Positions 19,587-29,953 are shown, counted from the first letter of the stretch. The stretch: 64,000 nt of DNA from Candidatus Parcubacteria bacterium (GCA_019347895.1 JAHWKM010000001.1:21924-85923); one strand, 5' to 3'. Notes: a model not told the origin generated them from the sequence alone. Translations and numbers: made by a program.

Positions 19587-20582
19587 ATGAATTTCCTAGA
19601 TAAACTACCAAGGCCATTTTTTGTTTTGGCGCCAATGGACGACGTGACCGACACGGTTTTTCGGCAAGTTATTGCCGATTTGGCGCCGGCAGACTTATAT
19701 TTTACGGAATTTGTAAATGTCGACGGGCTGCAAAGTCCGGGCCGGGCCAATCTTATTAAAAAACTTAAGTTTAACGAAAAAGAACAGCCGCTAATCGCCC
19801 AAATCTGGGGTCTAGAGCCAGAAAATTTTTATAAAACCGCGAGAGAGCTGGTCGAGATGGGATTTGCCGGCATTGACTTAAACTTCGGCTGTCCGCAAAA
19901 AAATGAAATCAAATGCGGTGCTTGCGCCGCTCTTATGAATAACCGGACGCTGGCTGGTGAAATCATAAAGGCAACTCAAGAAGGCGCATGGTCCGCTGGC
20001 CAGCGCACTCCTGTCAGTGTCAAAACCCGCTTGGGTTTTAGCGAAGTAGATTTTAGCTGGCAGGAGTTTTTACTGGGGCAAAAGCTTAACATGTTAAGCA
20101 TCCATGGCAGAACTAAGCGGGAAATGAGCAAAGTACCGGCGCATTGGGACGAGATAGGCCAAATTCGCCAGCTGCGCGACAAGATTTCGCCCGGAACGTT
20201 AATGGTTGGAAACGGCGACATTCTTAGCCGCCAGCAAGGTGAAGAATTAGCAGATAAATATGGATTAGACGGTATAATGATCGGCCGCGGTGTCTTCCAA
20301 AACCCCTTTATATTTTCCAGGGTTAAACCCTGGAAATGGGGGGAGTGGGATGCGGCAAGTAAAATTAAGCTGTACCAAAAGCATGTCGAGTTATTTCGGG
20401 ATACCTGGTCCGCTGGTCAGCGGAGCGAGAGGCCGATAGCAACTCTCAATAAATTTTGCAAAATTTATATCAACGGCTTTGACGGCGCCAAAGAAATGCG
20501 CGAAGATTTGATGCACTGCAAAAGCGCCGAGGAATTACTTTCAAAATTACAGGCGCATAAGTATAATCAAGCAGAAGTTTAA
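19587..20582 (+). CDS. dus: tRNA-dihydrouridine synthase.
   Basis: FFVLAPMDDVTDTVFRQV matches the Dus N-terminal signature, within a TIM-barrel FMN enzyme of 331 aa. Confidence 0.75.
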   Translation: MNFLDKLPRPFFVLAPMDDVTDTVFRQVIADLAPADLYFTEFVNVDGLQSPGRANLIKKLKFNEKEQPLIAQIWGLEPENFYKTARELVEMGFAGIDLNFGCPQKNEIKCGACAALMNNRTLAGEIIKATQEGAWSAGQRTPVSVKTRLGFSEVDFSWQEFLLGQKLNMLSIHGRTKREMSKVPAHWDEIGQIRQLRDKISPGTLMVGNGDILSRQQGEELADKYGLDGIMIGRGVFQNPFIFSRVKPWKWGEWDAASKIKLYQKHVELFRDTWSAGQRSERPIATLNKFCKIYINGFDGAKEMREDLMHCKSAEELLSKLQAHKYNQAEV

Positions 20583-20592
20583 GGAAATATTT

Positions 20593-21270
20593 ATGTCGAA
20601 TTTAATGACGGAAGCCGAAGCCTTGCAAGCCTTAAAAGACAAAGGCTCATTATATGCGCCCGAAGATGGTTATCACTTCAAAGGTGCCAGCGGCAAGCAT
20701 ATCAGCGGATATTGCAACATTGATCCGGTTTTACCCTTTACGGACTTGCTATCCAAAATGACCGAAGCAATAATAGAAAATTTTATAGATGACGGAGTAG
20801 AAACCGTGATCGCGCCGGCTACAGGCGGAATTCCTTTGACCCAGTGGGGGTCTCATCATTTGCAGAAAATAAATGGCGGCGAAGTACTGGGGGTTTGGGC
20901 AGATAAAGCCAAACCCGAGGGTTTTGCAATCGAGCGGGCTGGTTTTGCCGAAGCCATTAAGGGCCAAAAAGTGTTAGTGCTTGAGGACGTTGTCAATACT
21001 ATGTACTCTATAAAGCAGGTTATCGAACTGGTGCGCGAACACGGAGGTGATGTTGTTGGCCTGGGATCGGTGGTTGCTAACCGCGGCGTCAGCGCCGAAG
21101 CCCTGGGGGTTAATAAATTCTTTAACTTAGCGACCTTTGCTTATGACTCTTGGAAAGAAGCGGAGTGCGAGCTGTGCGCCCGTAAAGTTCCGATGGTAAT
21201 TGATATAGGCCACGGTGATAAATTCGCTGCAGCACACCCGGATTATCCGACCGTAAAAGTTTTAAAATAA
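20593..21270 (+). CDS. Phosphoribosyltransferase-fold protein (type I PRTase-like, OPRT-like).
   Basis: KVLVLEDVVNTMYSIKQVIELV sits at the PRPP-binding loop position of type I PRTases. 225 aa. The exact substrate is unknown. Confidence 0.45.
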   Translation: MSNLMTEAEALQALKDKGSLYAPEDGYHFKGASGKHISGYCNIDPVLPFTDLLSKMTEAIIENFIDDGVETVIAPATGGIPLTQWGSHHLQKINGGEVLGVWADKAKPEGFAIERAGFAEAIKGQKVLVLEDVVNTMYSIKQVIELVREHGGDVVGLGSVVANRGVSAEALGVNKFFNLATFAYDSWKEAECELCARKVPMVIDIGHGDKFAAAHPDYPTVKVLK

Positions 21271-21312
21271 TATTCGATGGTGGGGTATGGCCTAAGCATT
21301 TTACCGAGAGTA

Positions 21313-21969
21313 TTATTTTGAAGGCACATTAAATTCCTGACAAATAGCAGTAAGAGTATCGAGATCTTCTTGCCATGCCAATGAACCATGTGTGCTATCT
21401 ACAGGAGGAATAAACCAACCGGTCAAATTCAGTTTGATGTCAGTATCAGAATCTGCATCCCTGAGCACTACACTAAAACGTTCATCATTATGGTGTTTAC
21501 CGTCCATGCTAACTTGCAGTAACCGTTCTACATTTATAGTGCGGGTTTCGTCTACCGATATGGACCTAAATAGCATAAGTTTTTTGCCCATATCAACTTC
21601 TACTAAATCACTGAAGGAAGAATGCTTAAAGTCCGGATTCATTAATGAGTCGAGTGCTGCAGTGCAACCTTTTCGTGCTTCTTGGGTACGCGCACTATTT
21701 TGCTGTCTTTCTGATACTGATAATTCCGAATCGGGTATTGATGCTTCAAATGCTGTCTTTAGGATTCTTTGGCTCTCCTCGGCAGATATGCCCGGGCGAG
21801 TAAGGGCAATTTCTCGAGACGTTCTAAATAAAGTTTCGCAATCCATATTTAAGTTAAGAATAACAGGTAATTTTAAAAATGTCAATTGATGGTAGGTGTT
21901 GGCTCGAATTTGGAACCAAGTGAAGCGGGAACTGATAGCTTTGCATGGAATAGTAATAAGGTGCGGCAA
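21313..21969 (-). CDS. Hypothetical protein. The true start may be the internal MDCETLF.
   Basis: ORF only. It lies in a run of three unknown genes downstream of the tRNA-Ile2 3' end. Confidence 0.35.
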   Translation of the reverse strand: MPHLITIPCKAISSRFTWFQIRANTYHQLTFLKLPVILNLNMDCETLFRTSREIALTRPGISAEESQRILKTAFEASIPDSELSVSERQQNSARTQEARKGCTAALDSLMNPDFKHSSFSDLVEVDMGKKLMLFRSISVDETRTINVERLLQVSMDGKHHNDERFSVVLRDADSDTDIKLNLTGWFIPPVDSTHGSLAWQEDLDTLTAICQEFNVPSK

Positions 21970-22155
21970 CTAATGATGGTGAAATATTAAGTGTATTATA
22001 GTATTAAACCAAGCATTTTTTCACAGAGAAAATGCTTGTATAGGTGTGTGAGCATTTAGACTACCCGCCTGGCATAGTAAAGCTGATTAGGTAGGGGGCA
22101 AACTATATAACTTATGGCTCAATACTGTACAGAGAGTAGACACAACTTAGATATA

Positions 22156-22578
22156 CTATTCTTGTGGCTGGCGCTTCTCTGCTACGTCATTCACTACGAG
22201 AAACGCTAGGCCGGAGACTAAATAGGAATTATAGGCGGCATTGCGATTACCAAACGTTATGCTTAGCCCAGGATCTCTCATGATATTATCGACTCTGGCT
22301 TCTGTTAATGCCTCTATGGCCTTAACAGCTTCAGCCGTAGAAGGGTCTAAGTCGGTCGGCAGTTGACCATGGTCGGCTTTATGTTTCTTGGCTCTAAAAT
22401 ATGTGCTTAGGAAATCTACTCCGGGCGGAGTGACTATAGCTGCTTCAACCTTAGACATTGCTGTTTCGTACAACTCTTCCGTACCGGCGACAGTAGTCTC
22501 GTGAATGTGCTGTTTTATTGATTCAAATGGATCTGCCATATTCGCAAATACTATATCGCAGAAATAGGTATATGTCAA
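22156..22578 (-). CDS. Hypothetical protein.
   Basis: ORF only. Confidence 0.35.
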   Translation of the reverse strand: MTYTYFCDIVFANMADPFESIKQHIHETTVAGTEELYETAMSKVEAAIVTPPGVDFLSTYFRAKKHKADHGQLPTDLDPSTAEAVKAIEALTEARVDNIMRDPGLSITFGNRNAAYNSYLVSGLAFLVVNDVAEKRQPQE

Positions 22579-22920
22579 ATGACGGGCAGAAGATACAATT
22601 TTTGAACTTATGATAGCAGAACTGGAGGGTGGTTTATTGATAATCCGCTACCACCTGGCGTAAAGAATACAGACAGGTTGCCAGCACCTTAATCGAGCAA
22701 GCTTACAGATATTAAGCCGGTTATTATGTATAGCGTGAAGTGTTTTGAACCTTCGTTCGCAATGGAACCAGATAAGGTTTTATCTCTTAGATTTGTATAG
22801 CGCTATTAAGAGTAGCAATCTGATGAAGTTGCCTGAATAGGCTAGAACCTTCATTTAATATGATGCCTCCAAAATTTCTTTTATTCTTTACTCGTAAGTC
22901 CGAGTTCTTTGCCAAAGGAA

Positions 22921-23364
22921 CTAGTCTCTTTTGAGTACGCCCCAGTCTGTAACATAGTTCATAAAGAATGCTTCTTCGTCAGGGTTATACCCACGGAAAC
23001 GACCTTCGCGACGATAAGCTTGCACTAAATCAAGAGGTGCAAATCTGTCAGGGTCTAACGATGCTTTAAGAACTATGCGCCCCATATGATTGCCCCGGTA
23101 ATTCTCCAAAATGTCATCGGGAACTTCTAAGCCATCTTCTAAGTCATCTAAGTATGAATCTACTAGCTGACGCTCAGCCGAAAAACTCCCCGCATCTAGT
23201 ATATATAAGCCATATGCAACTTCGACAGGAGAAGTGGTTGAAGAGGTAGCTATATCAGCTTTAACTATTCTCACTTCACTGTTCTCTGGAAGCCATAATT
23301 TCGCCGGAATAACTTCGGGTATCTGCTCAACAGACTCAAAAACAGGCAAGCCAGGATAATTCAT
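22921..23364 (-). CDS. Hypothetical protein.
   Basis: ORF only. Its start is 40 nt from the tRNA 3' end. Confidence 0.35.
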   Translation of the reverse strand: MNYPGLPVFESVEQIPEVIPAKLWLPENSEVRIVKADIATSSTTSPVEVAYGLYILDAGSFSAERQLVDSYLDDLEDGLEVPDDILENYRGNHMGRIVLKASLDPDRFAPLDLVQAYRREGRFRGYNPDEEAFFMNYVTDWGVLKRD

Positions 23365-23403
23365 GTATTAATTATAACATTGTAAACTATATAATGCAAG
23401 TTG

Positions 23404-23480
23404 TGGTGGGGGTGCCTGGATTTGAACCAGGGACCAATCGGTTATGAGCCGACTGCTCTAACCACTGAGCTACACCCCCA
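23404..23480 (-). tRNA. tRNA with a CAU anticodon, most consistent with tRNA-Ile2 (lysidine-modified, k2CAU).
   Basis: The reverse complement reads TGGGGGTGTAGCTCAGTGGTTAGAGCAGTCGGCTCATAACCGATTGGTCCCTGGTTCAAATCCAGGCACCCCCACCA. It forms a cloverleaf with a 7-bp acceptor stem, a CTCATAA anticodon loop and an encoded CCA. The D-arm and T-arm closely resemble E. coli ileX, and tilS is present in the same window. Confidence 0.8.
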
Positions 23481-23530
23481 GTGAAGTACCGCTCCAGAAC
23501 TGCAATAGTAACAGATAGAGTATAGCAGAT

Positions 23531-24004
23531 TTGAAGAAGTTGTATAATTGGTATGGTATGCAAGCTAAAATAAAAATTTCTGATCTGCGCCGAGTTATCA
23601 AGACTCTCAGCGACGTAAGGCTGGTCGGGCTAATTATGTTCGGTGTGGTGGCGGTCTTGGTGGCCTGGAGCAGTCTCAAAACTCTGCAAGTGAATTATGA
23701 ACTGCAAAAAAAAGAAGCGGTCCTGCGCCAAAAAAATACCAACCAAAAATTGTCAAACGAAAATCTAAAACTAAAAAACACCTATCTGGAAACGGATGAA
23801 TATCTGGAACTCACGGCCCGCCGGCAATTTAACAAAGCCGCTCCCGGCGAGAAACTCTACCTGATACCGGAAGAAGTAGCCCTAAGCAAAACAGCTGAAT
23901 TGCCGTTAGACCAGCCAGAAACCAAAGAAGAATTAGACAAGAGTAAGCCCAAATACCAGCAAAACTTTGAAGCTTGGCTAGATTTCCTACTGCAAAGAAA
24001 TTAA
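23531..24004 (+). CDS. ftsB: Septum formation initiator family protein (FtsB/DivIC-like). The true start is probably at the MQAKIK methionine, near position 23558.
   Basis: A short cytoplasmic N-terminus, one TM helix (LVGLIMFGVVAVLVAWSSL) and a coiled coil (NYELQKKEAVLRQKNTNQKLSNENLKLKNTYLE) are typical of FtsB/DivIC. Confidence 0.55.
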   Translation: MKKLYNWYGMQAKIKISDLRRVIKTLSDVRLVGLIMFGVVAVLVAWSSLKTLQVNYELQKKEAVLRQKNTNQKLSNENLKLKNTYLETDEYLELTARRQFNKAAPGEKLYLIPEEVALSKTAELPLDQPETKEELDKSKPKYQQNFEAWLDFLLQRN

Positions 24005-24058
24005 AACAGTGTACTATTTCCCTATATTACTGCGATAATAAATGGCAGAGGAGAAAAA

Positions 24059-24328
24059 ATGAGTCCAGAAGGCTATAGTAAAAGAGAAGGTGCAGGATGG
24101 CTTAGAGCCTTAGGGGAAGAGTCACTAATAGGCGGCGAAATTAATGGGAAACCGGCTGAACGTTTTTTGGATGAGTGTCCTGATAAGCACCGAGACCGGG
24201 CAATAAATTTGTTGACAGGCCTTGCGAAAATGCAAAGAGAAGGCCATCCCCAGTTTGAAAGCTACCGGGAGGTTCTAAGAGAAAGATTTGACAGATATGT
24301 AAATAATCCACAGGAACCTGGGGGTTAA
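24059..24328 (+). CDS. Hypothetical protein (89 aa).
   Basis: ORF with a plausible RBS (GGCAGAGGAG upstream). Confidence 0.35.
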   Translation: MSPEGYSKREGAGWLRALGEESLIGGEINGKPAERFLDECPDKHRDRAINLLTGLAKMQREGHPQFESYREVLRERFDRYVNNPQEPGG

Positions 24329-24333
24329 GAAAT

Positions 24334-25917
24334 ATGGGTGGGGGCGTTCAATCAATTCAATCAGAAGAAACACAAATATCATTTGAATATCAACACGGTA
24401 GCGGCGAAACATTCAAGGTTGATTCTGTAGAGGAGGCTCATGCCGCCTGTCCCTTCTTGGGTAAGCTTAGTCTTGAAGAAGCTGAGATGATGCTGGAAAT
24501 GCAAGCGCTAGGTAAACAAGAGCAAGAGGATCTCCAACAAAAACAAAATGAAGCTGAAATGTCAGCTCGTGACAGAGAAAAAGATCAGGATTTTTCTAAA
24601 AGTTTGTCTGATATATTGGCCAAAAATACTATATCAGAAGAAACCACAAGCCAGGAGAACCGTAGGATTGAGTGGGCTCGCCAAGAACATGAAATGGCCG
24701 AAGCGCGGAGAAAATTGATCGACGATATACTGCAGGAACAGTCAGCTTCGCCTGAACCCAAAGCCAAGGAAAAACCTTCTCCTAAGAAAGAAAAAGCGGT
24801 TGCTGACAATAAGGCCCGTGCAGACAAAAATCCCAAACAAGTTAAAATTACTCCTGATGCAGAGAAAAGAGTTAAGCCAAAAATCAAAACAGCCCCTGAC
24901 CAGACCGCTGAAACCCAAGATACTCCAGCCAAAAAACCCCTAAAAAACTCGTCTGATGCAGAAGGGGCAAGACGGCCGCTGAAATTAGAAGAAGCTAAGC
25001 GTCAGCCGGCTAGGCCGGATTTAAGCGGCGATGAGTCTATTGCCGCAGCTGACCCCACTGCTGAAACGGTCGAGGCTCCAGGAAGGCGTGAATTTGCCGC
25101 CCTGGAACAGCCGGGGATCGCTCAAGATAACGTCTGGGCGGAAGATGCAGAACTGTCTGAGCATAGCGAACCGGACGAACTGGAATATATTGAGCCGGAA
25201 AGAGCACTGGCAGCGGAATTTGCTGAAGAAGACTATCGGCCCGCGGATCAAACACCAGCGCCAGACGGTGAAATTTTAACCGCTGCTTACGAAGAAGCCG
25301 TGCATGAAATTTACGAAGATGACAGGTTAAGCATTGTGAATGAAAAGCTGGTGGCTGACGAAATCGATCATTCCCAAGACAGCCAAATCTCATCCCAGCC
25401 GGAACAGGCGGATTACGCAGAGATTGACGAGAACATCGTGACTTTTAGCGAGCAGACACAGCTAGCTCTGCAAACGGCCGAACCTGAAATAATTGAGCGA
25501 GCGGAACATCTAATTGATCAAATTGAAAGCATTATTTTAGAACCTGCTCCAGGTGCCGCGGATTTAAGCGAGTCTATTGAAGCAGAAAATATAAAGCCAG
25601 CGGAAGATGACGAGGAAATTATTAAAGATGAAGTCGCAGCCTTGGTGACCGAGCTATCTGATACTCTTAAGCTGGATTATTCTAAAGAAGAAATAGCCGA
25701 AATCGCGGCCAGCTTGATTGAATTCAAGCAGAAACTTCAAGACCGTCCGCAGATTGCCAATTTATTGCCGGAAGAAAAAGGCACCAGAGAGTTCAAATTA
25801 AGCCGGATTAGCAGCCAGTTGGGGCAAATTAAAAACCGAGTCGCGCGGATTCATCCGCTTCTTGGTTTTATCGCCTTAGCCAAACGATTCGATCTGCAGC
25901 TTAAATTAGAAATTTAG
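24334..25917 (+). CDS. Highly acidic, low-complexity, probably disordered protein (527 aa, E/D/A/K-rich).
   Basis: Long ORF with strong compositional bias and no TM helix. Only the last approximately 60 residues look structured. Confidence 0.45.
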   Translation: MGGGVQSIQSEETQISFEYQHGSGETFKVDSVEEAHAACPFLGKLSLEEAEMMLEMQALGKQEQEDLQQKQNEAEMSARDREKDQDFSKSLSDILAKNTISEETTSQENRRIEWARQEHEMAEARRKLIDDILQEQSASPEPKAKEKPSPKKEKAVADNKARADKNPKQVKITPDAEKRVKPKIKTAPDQTAETQDTPAKKPLKNSSDAEGARRPLKLEEAKRQPARPDLSGDESIAAADPTAETVEAPGRREFAALEQPGIAQDNVWAEDAELSEHSEPDELEYIEPERALAAEFAEEDYRPADQTPAPDGEILTAAYEEAVHEIYEDDRLSIVNEKLVADEIDHSQDSQISSQPEQADYAEIDENIVTFSEQTQLALQTAEPEIIERAEHLIDQIESIILEPAPGAADLSESIEAENIKPAEDDEEIIKDEVAALVTELSDTLKLDYSKEEIAEIAASLIEFKQKLQDRPQIANLLPEEKGTREFKLSRISSQLGQIKNRVARIHPLLGFIALAKRFDLQLKLEI

Positions 25918-25965
25918 CCGAACTAAACCGGCGATTTTGCGCGAGTCCGGTATATAATAACCTTA

Positions 25966-26676
25966 ATGCTTAGAAAAAAAGGGGCTTTTTATTGTTTTTC
26001 ACCGCCGGTGATGCTGGCGACTTTTTTTATTGAGACCGCCTATATTTTGTACATACTGCTCCGCTACAAAGTCAGCCCGCTGACACGCCTGGCAATCGGC
26101 ATATTATCCCTTTTGGCATTATTCCAGCTAGCGGAATATTTCGTATGTACGGGTTCATCCTTTGCCGGCCAATTCTGGTCAAGAGTCGCGTTCGTTTCAA
26201 TTACATTTTTGCCGGCGCTTGGAATTCACTTTGTTTATAAGATCGCCGGCCGCCCTTGGAACAACCTTGTCGGCGCCGCTTACGGCATGGCCATAGCCTG
26301 GGTTGTAGTACTTGCTTTTCTGCCTGGTATTTTCAGCACATATAAATGCGGGGGCAATTACGTTATTTTCGATTTTAATAACCTGGGCGGGCCTTACTTT
26401 ATTTATTACTATTTTTGGCTGTTTATCGGTACCATCATGGCCTTGAAGTTCTCTTTGAATATGGCTAAGGCACAAAAGAAAACCAAGCAGGCGCTGATGA
26501 TGTTTATAGTTTCATACCTGGCTCTTCTTGTGCCAACTACGATATTAAACACCATAAATCCTCAAATCTACAAGGGGATACCCAGCATTATGTGCGGTTT
26601 CGCTGTTATTATGGCCACAATAATAACCTTCCTTATTTTGCCTCGTATAGCTAAGCTAAGGAATCAACAGGAGTAA
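25966..26676 (+). CDS. Polytopic membrane protein (about 6 TM), unknown family.
   Basis: 236 aa, strongly hydrophobic throughout. Confidence 0.45.
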   Translation: MLRKKGAFYCFSPPVMLATFFIETAYILYILLRYKVSPLTRLAIGILSLLALFQLAEYFVCTGSSFAGQFWSRVAFVSITFLPALGIHFVYKIAGRPWNNLVGAAYGMAIAWVVVLAFLPGIFSTYKCGGNYVIFDFNNLGGPYFIYYYFWLFIGTIMALKFSLNMAKAQKKTKQALMMFIVSYLALLVPTTILNTINPQIYKGIPSIMCGFAVIMATIITFLILPRIAKLRNQQE

Positions 26677-26682
26677 AGAGGA

Positions 26683-27507
26683 ATGACCTTGAAGCTTCCG
26701 CCCCGCCCGGCTAAGGGGCATAAGGGCACGTTCGGCAGCCTGGCTGTGGTAGGCGGGCAAATTAACGACGATAAGATTATGCTTGGCAGCGCAGCCTTCG
26801 CGGCTAAAGCCGGTATCCGCTCCGGGGTGGGCTTAGTTTATTTTGCAGCGGCTAGAGCCGTATTGAATCAGCTGATTCAAATGGTGCCCCAGGCAATTGG
26901 CGTGAATCTTGACCAGCTGGGAAAATCCGTAAAATCCAGCGCCTTAGTAATCGGACCCGGTTTAGGTGTTAGCCAAGCTACAGTTGAATTAATGGGAAAG
27001 GTTTTACCGCTTGGCCGGCCGACCGTGGTGGATGCCGACGGGCTGAATACTTTAGCCCAACAGCCTGATTTGCTTGACCTAATCCACAAACATTGCGTAT
27101 TGACGCCTCATCCAAAAGAGTTTGAGCGGCTGGCTAAAGCCGCCGCTGTAAAAACCGCTGACGAGTTAGCTGGGAAACTTGGTTGCTGCGTGGTTTTAAA
27201 AGGCGATAAAACCCTGGTAACTGACGGCCAAAAAAGCTGGCTTAACAACACAGCCAATCCGGCGTTAGCCACCGGCGGGACCGGCGATGTTTTAGCAGGC
27301 TTGATAGGCGGGCTGCTGGCCCAGTACGCGCCCAAACGGCTGTCCGTTTTTGAATGCGCTTGCCTGGGCGTTCAGATTCATTCCGAGGCAGGCTTAGCTT
27401 GGAAAGCCAAGCACGGCTCAGGCGGCCTGCTAATTGACGAGTTAATAAACTTAATTCCAAACATAATGGACCGCCTAAGAAAAGAGACCAAAAGGTCGGA
27501 CCTTTAA
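26683..27507 (+). CDS. nnrD: ADP-dependent NAD(P)H-hydrate dehydratase (YjeF C-terminal / carbohydrate-kinase-like domain).
   Basis: GHKGTFGSLAVVGG, VVDADGLN, TPHPKEFERL, VLKGDKTLVTDG and GGTGDVLAGLIGGLLAQ match the YjeF_C/NnrD signature motifs. Confidence 0.8.
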   Translation: MTLKLPPRPAKGHKGTFGSLAVVGGQINDDKIMLGSAAFAAKAGIRSGVGLVYFAAARAVLNQLIQMVPQAIGVNLDQLGKSVKSSALVIGPGLGVSQATVELMGKVLPLGRPTVVDADGLNTLAQQPDLLDLIHKHCVLTPHPKEFERLAKAAAVKTADELAGKLGCCVVLKGDKTLVTDGQKSWLNNTANPALATGGTGDVLAGLIGGLLAQYAPKRLSVFECACLGVQIHSEAGLAWKAKHGSGGLLIDELINLIPNIMDRLRKETKRSDL

Positions 27508-27586
27508 CAGATAGAGAAATTGCAATTTTGTCGGCTAAAACTTTTCGCTATCAACAGATAGATGTTAATTTGCTCTAAGCACTAAA

Positions 27587-28018
27587 CTATTTGCTCTTGC
27601 TCTTGACGGCAATCTTTTTAGGCTCAGGCAGCTTTTTGAACGGCACAACTACCTTTAGTACTCCTTCTTTCATGTCAGCTGAGATATTGTTCTCATCGGC
27701 CCGTTCTGGCAGGGCAATCCGGCGATAAAAGCTGGAGCTGCTTTCGCGAACCACATATTTTTTCTTCTTGTCTTCTTCTTTTTCGCGTTTCTCAGCGCTA
27801 ATTACCAGCGCTCCTTTATCTATATGCACATCCACGTCCTTTTCGGAAAAATTAGGCAGGTGCGCCTCGACGGTTAATTGTTTATCGTCATCGGTATAAA
27901 CGTCGGTAGTCGGTACGGTCAAGCCTTTAAACGGCGAAGCGAACAGGTCGTCGCCAAAAAATTGTTTTTGCAAAGCCCGCATTTCTTCAAACGGGTCAGA
28001 ACGAACTAGATTACTCAT
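27587..28018 (-). CDS. Hsp20/alpha-crystallin family small heat-shock protein.
   Basis: It has an alpha-crystallin domain (DVHIDKGALVISAEKRE...YRRIALPERADENNISADMKEGVLKVVVP). 143 aa. Confidence 0.8.
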   Translation of the reverse strand: MSNLVRSDPFEEMRALQKQFFGDDLFASPFKGLTVPTTDVYTDDDKQLTVEAHLPNFSEKDVDVHIDKGALVISAEKREKEEDKKKKYVVRESSSSFYRRIALPERADENNISADMKEGVLKVVVPFKKLPEPKKIAVKSKSK

Positions 28019-28312
28019 AACAACCTCCTTATTTGAAATTAAATTTACGGGCCTTTAGCCCAATATCCAATATAAAAAATTGGCACTCTGGTGTCAAGAG
28101 TGCCAATCAAATTATCGCTAGGGTTTTCTGGGTTGTTAGAGCTTGGTGATTTTTGAAGACCTGAGCAAGTTGTAGCCAGCTATACTTGCTGGGCTGGAGA
28201 AAAAAGCGCCAAGGTGTGGTGTCTCAAGGAAGCCTAGGAAAATTTGAGTGGCAGTTTTTGATGCCCTGTCAAGAATGCTAATTGGGATTTTAATGGAAGG
28301 AAAAGTTAGTGA

Positions 28313-28522
28313 TCAAACTCCCATTTCAAGGTACCCGAATTCGTGAGGTTTCTTAAATGGAGACGCTATTCTGCCTAAAGCTACAGCCGCACTATTTTTG
28401 TCAAAAATAGTTTTATCATACTCAATTCTTCCATCCACTTCGGTACGATCACCTTCAGACGACTCCCTAGTGCGTTCATCTTCTATTCGCTCATTATTCG
28501 AAGCCATTATATTTCCTTTCAA
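28313..28522 (-). CDS. Small hypothetical acidic protein (69 aa).
   Basis: ORF only. It is on the same strand as hsp20 and downstream of it. Confidence 0.3.
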   Translation of the reverse strand: MKGNIMASNNERIEDERTRESSEGDRTEVDGRIEYDKTIFDKNSAAVALGRIASPFKKPHEFGYLEMGV

Positions 28523-28708
28523 AATTTTGTTGACACTATAATGATACCTAATAGAAATTCTAAAATAGGCAAATCAGGCTAATTTCGCTTTGTATGTGTA
28601 TTTTATACGGTTGTTTAACTTATTATTGATATAAACCATTGGCCTATGTGAAATGATAGAATAAGAGCAGAATAGAAAACAAACAATAATTGCTGATGGA
28701 GCTTTAAT

Positions 28709-29953
28709 TTGCACGATAAACTTAAGAAACTCGCGTCAAAAGCCAGAATAGATAGATTTACCAGGCTGCCCGATATTCTACGGATCTTCTTAAAAGACGA
28801 AGCGATTGGCGGCAAATTAATTTTGGCCGCCGCGCTGCTGGCACTTTTGATAGCCAATTCACCCCTGGTCGGTTATTATGAATCTTTTTGGAAGCAGCAC
28901 CTGAGCGTCGGGGTAAATCAATTTATTATCGATTTGGATCTGCGGCACTGGGTGAGCGAAGGGCTTATGGCGCTTTTCTTTTTGGTGGTGGGGCTGGAGA
29001 TTAAGCGCGAGGTTATCAGGGGGAATTTGCTTAAATTCAAATCGGCTGTTTTGCCGATAGGCGCGGCCATCGGCGGCATGGTGGTGCCGGCCACAATTTT
29101 TGTTTTAATAAATTTAAACCACCCGGCTAATTTAGACGGCTGGGCAATACCCATAGCCACCGATATTGCCTTCGCATTGGCGGTTATCAGCCTGCTTGGG
29201 CGGCGGGTATCATCAACGCTAAAAGTGTTCCTGCTGACCATATCCATAGTCGACGATATTGGCGCGATTTTAATCATCGGGCTGTTTTACGGCGCGGGAT
29301 ATGAGCTGCCCGCCCTGGCAATCGCGGCGGTTATCGCCGCCGTATTGTATGCGTTCCGCGCCCATAAATACATGTCAGCGCCTGTTTTTATTTTGATCGG
29401 ACTGGGGTTTTGGCTGGCTATTTTTAATTCCGGCGTGCATGCCAGTCTGGCGGGTGCTTTCCTTGGTTTTCTGGCACCGCTCAATGCTCCAATAAACCGG
29501 TATTCCATCGCGGAAAGACTGGAGAGACTGGTTTTGCCGATTTCCACCTTCATAGTTCTGCCTCTTTTTGCGTTCGCTAATTTTGGGGTCAAGCTATCAT
29601 TCGAAGGCGTGCAGGCGCCCGGAGCATCATCGCTAATGTGGGGAATAATCTTAGGGTTGTTTTTGGGCAAGGCTATCGGCATCAGTCTAATCACCTGGAT
29701 ATTAGTCAAGCTCCGCATGACTCGATTGCCGGCCCATGCCAACTGGATGCAGGTTATCGGAGTCGGCTTTATTGCCGGAATCGGCTTTACGGTCTCGGTG
29801 TTTATAGCGGATTTGGCTTACACCGGCCAGCCGATGCTGGTAAATGCCGCTAAGCTGGCTATCTTGGCAGGTTCTACTATGAGCGCGATTTTTGGATATT
29901 TTTTCCTGCGCTATCGCCGCCGCATAAGAGAAGTTCTTGATACGGAGATTTAA
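28709..29953 (+). CDS. nhaA: Na+/H+ antiporter NhaA.
   Basis: 414 aa, about 11-12 TM. VGLEIKREVIRGNLL corresponds to the conserved NhaA ELKRE region. FIADLAYTG and the overall topology are NhaA-like. Confidence 0.75.
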   Translation: MHDKLKKLASKARIDRFTRLPDILRIFLKDEAIGGKLILAAALLALLIANSPLVGYYESFWKQHLSVGVNQFIIDLDLRHWVSEGLMALFFLVVGLEIKREVIRGNLLKFKSAVLPIGAAIGGMVVPATIFVLINLNHPANLDGWAIPIATDIAFALAVISLLGRRVSSTLKVFLLTISIVDDIGAILIIGLFYGAGYELPALAIAAVIAAVLYAFRAHKYMSAPVFILIGLGFWLAIFNSGVHASLAGAFLGFLAPLNAPINRYSIAERLERLVLPISTFIVLPLFAFANFGVKLSFEGVQAPGASSLMWGIILGLFLGKAIGISLITWILVKLRMTRLPAHANWMQVIGVGFIAGIGFTVSVFIADLAYTGQPMLVNAAKLAILAGSTMSAIFGYFFLRYRRRIREVLDTEI

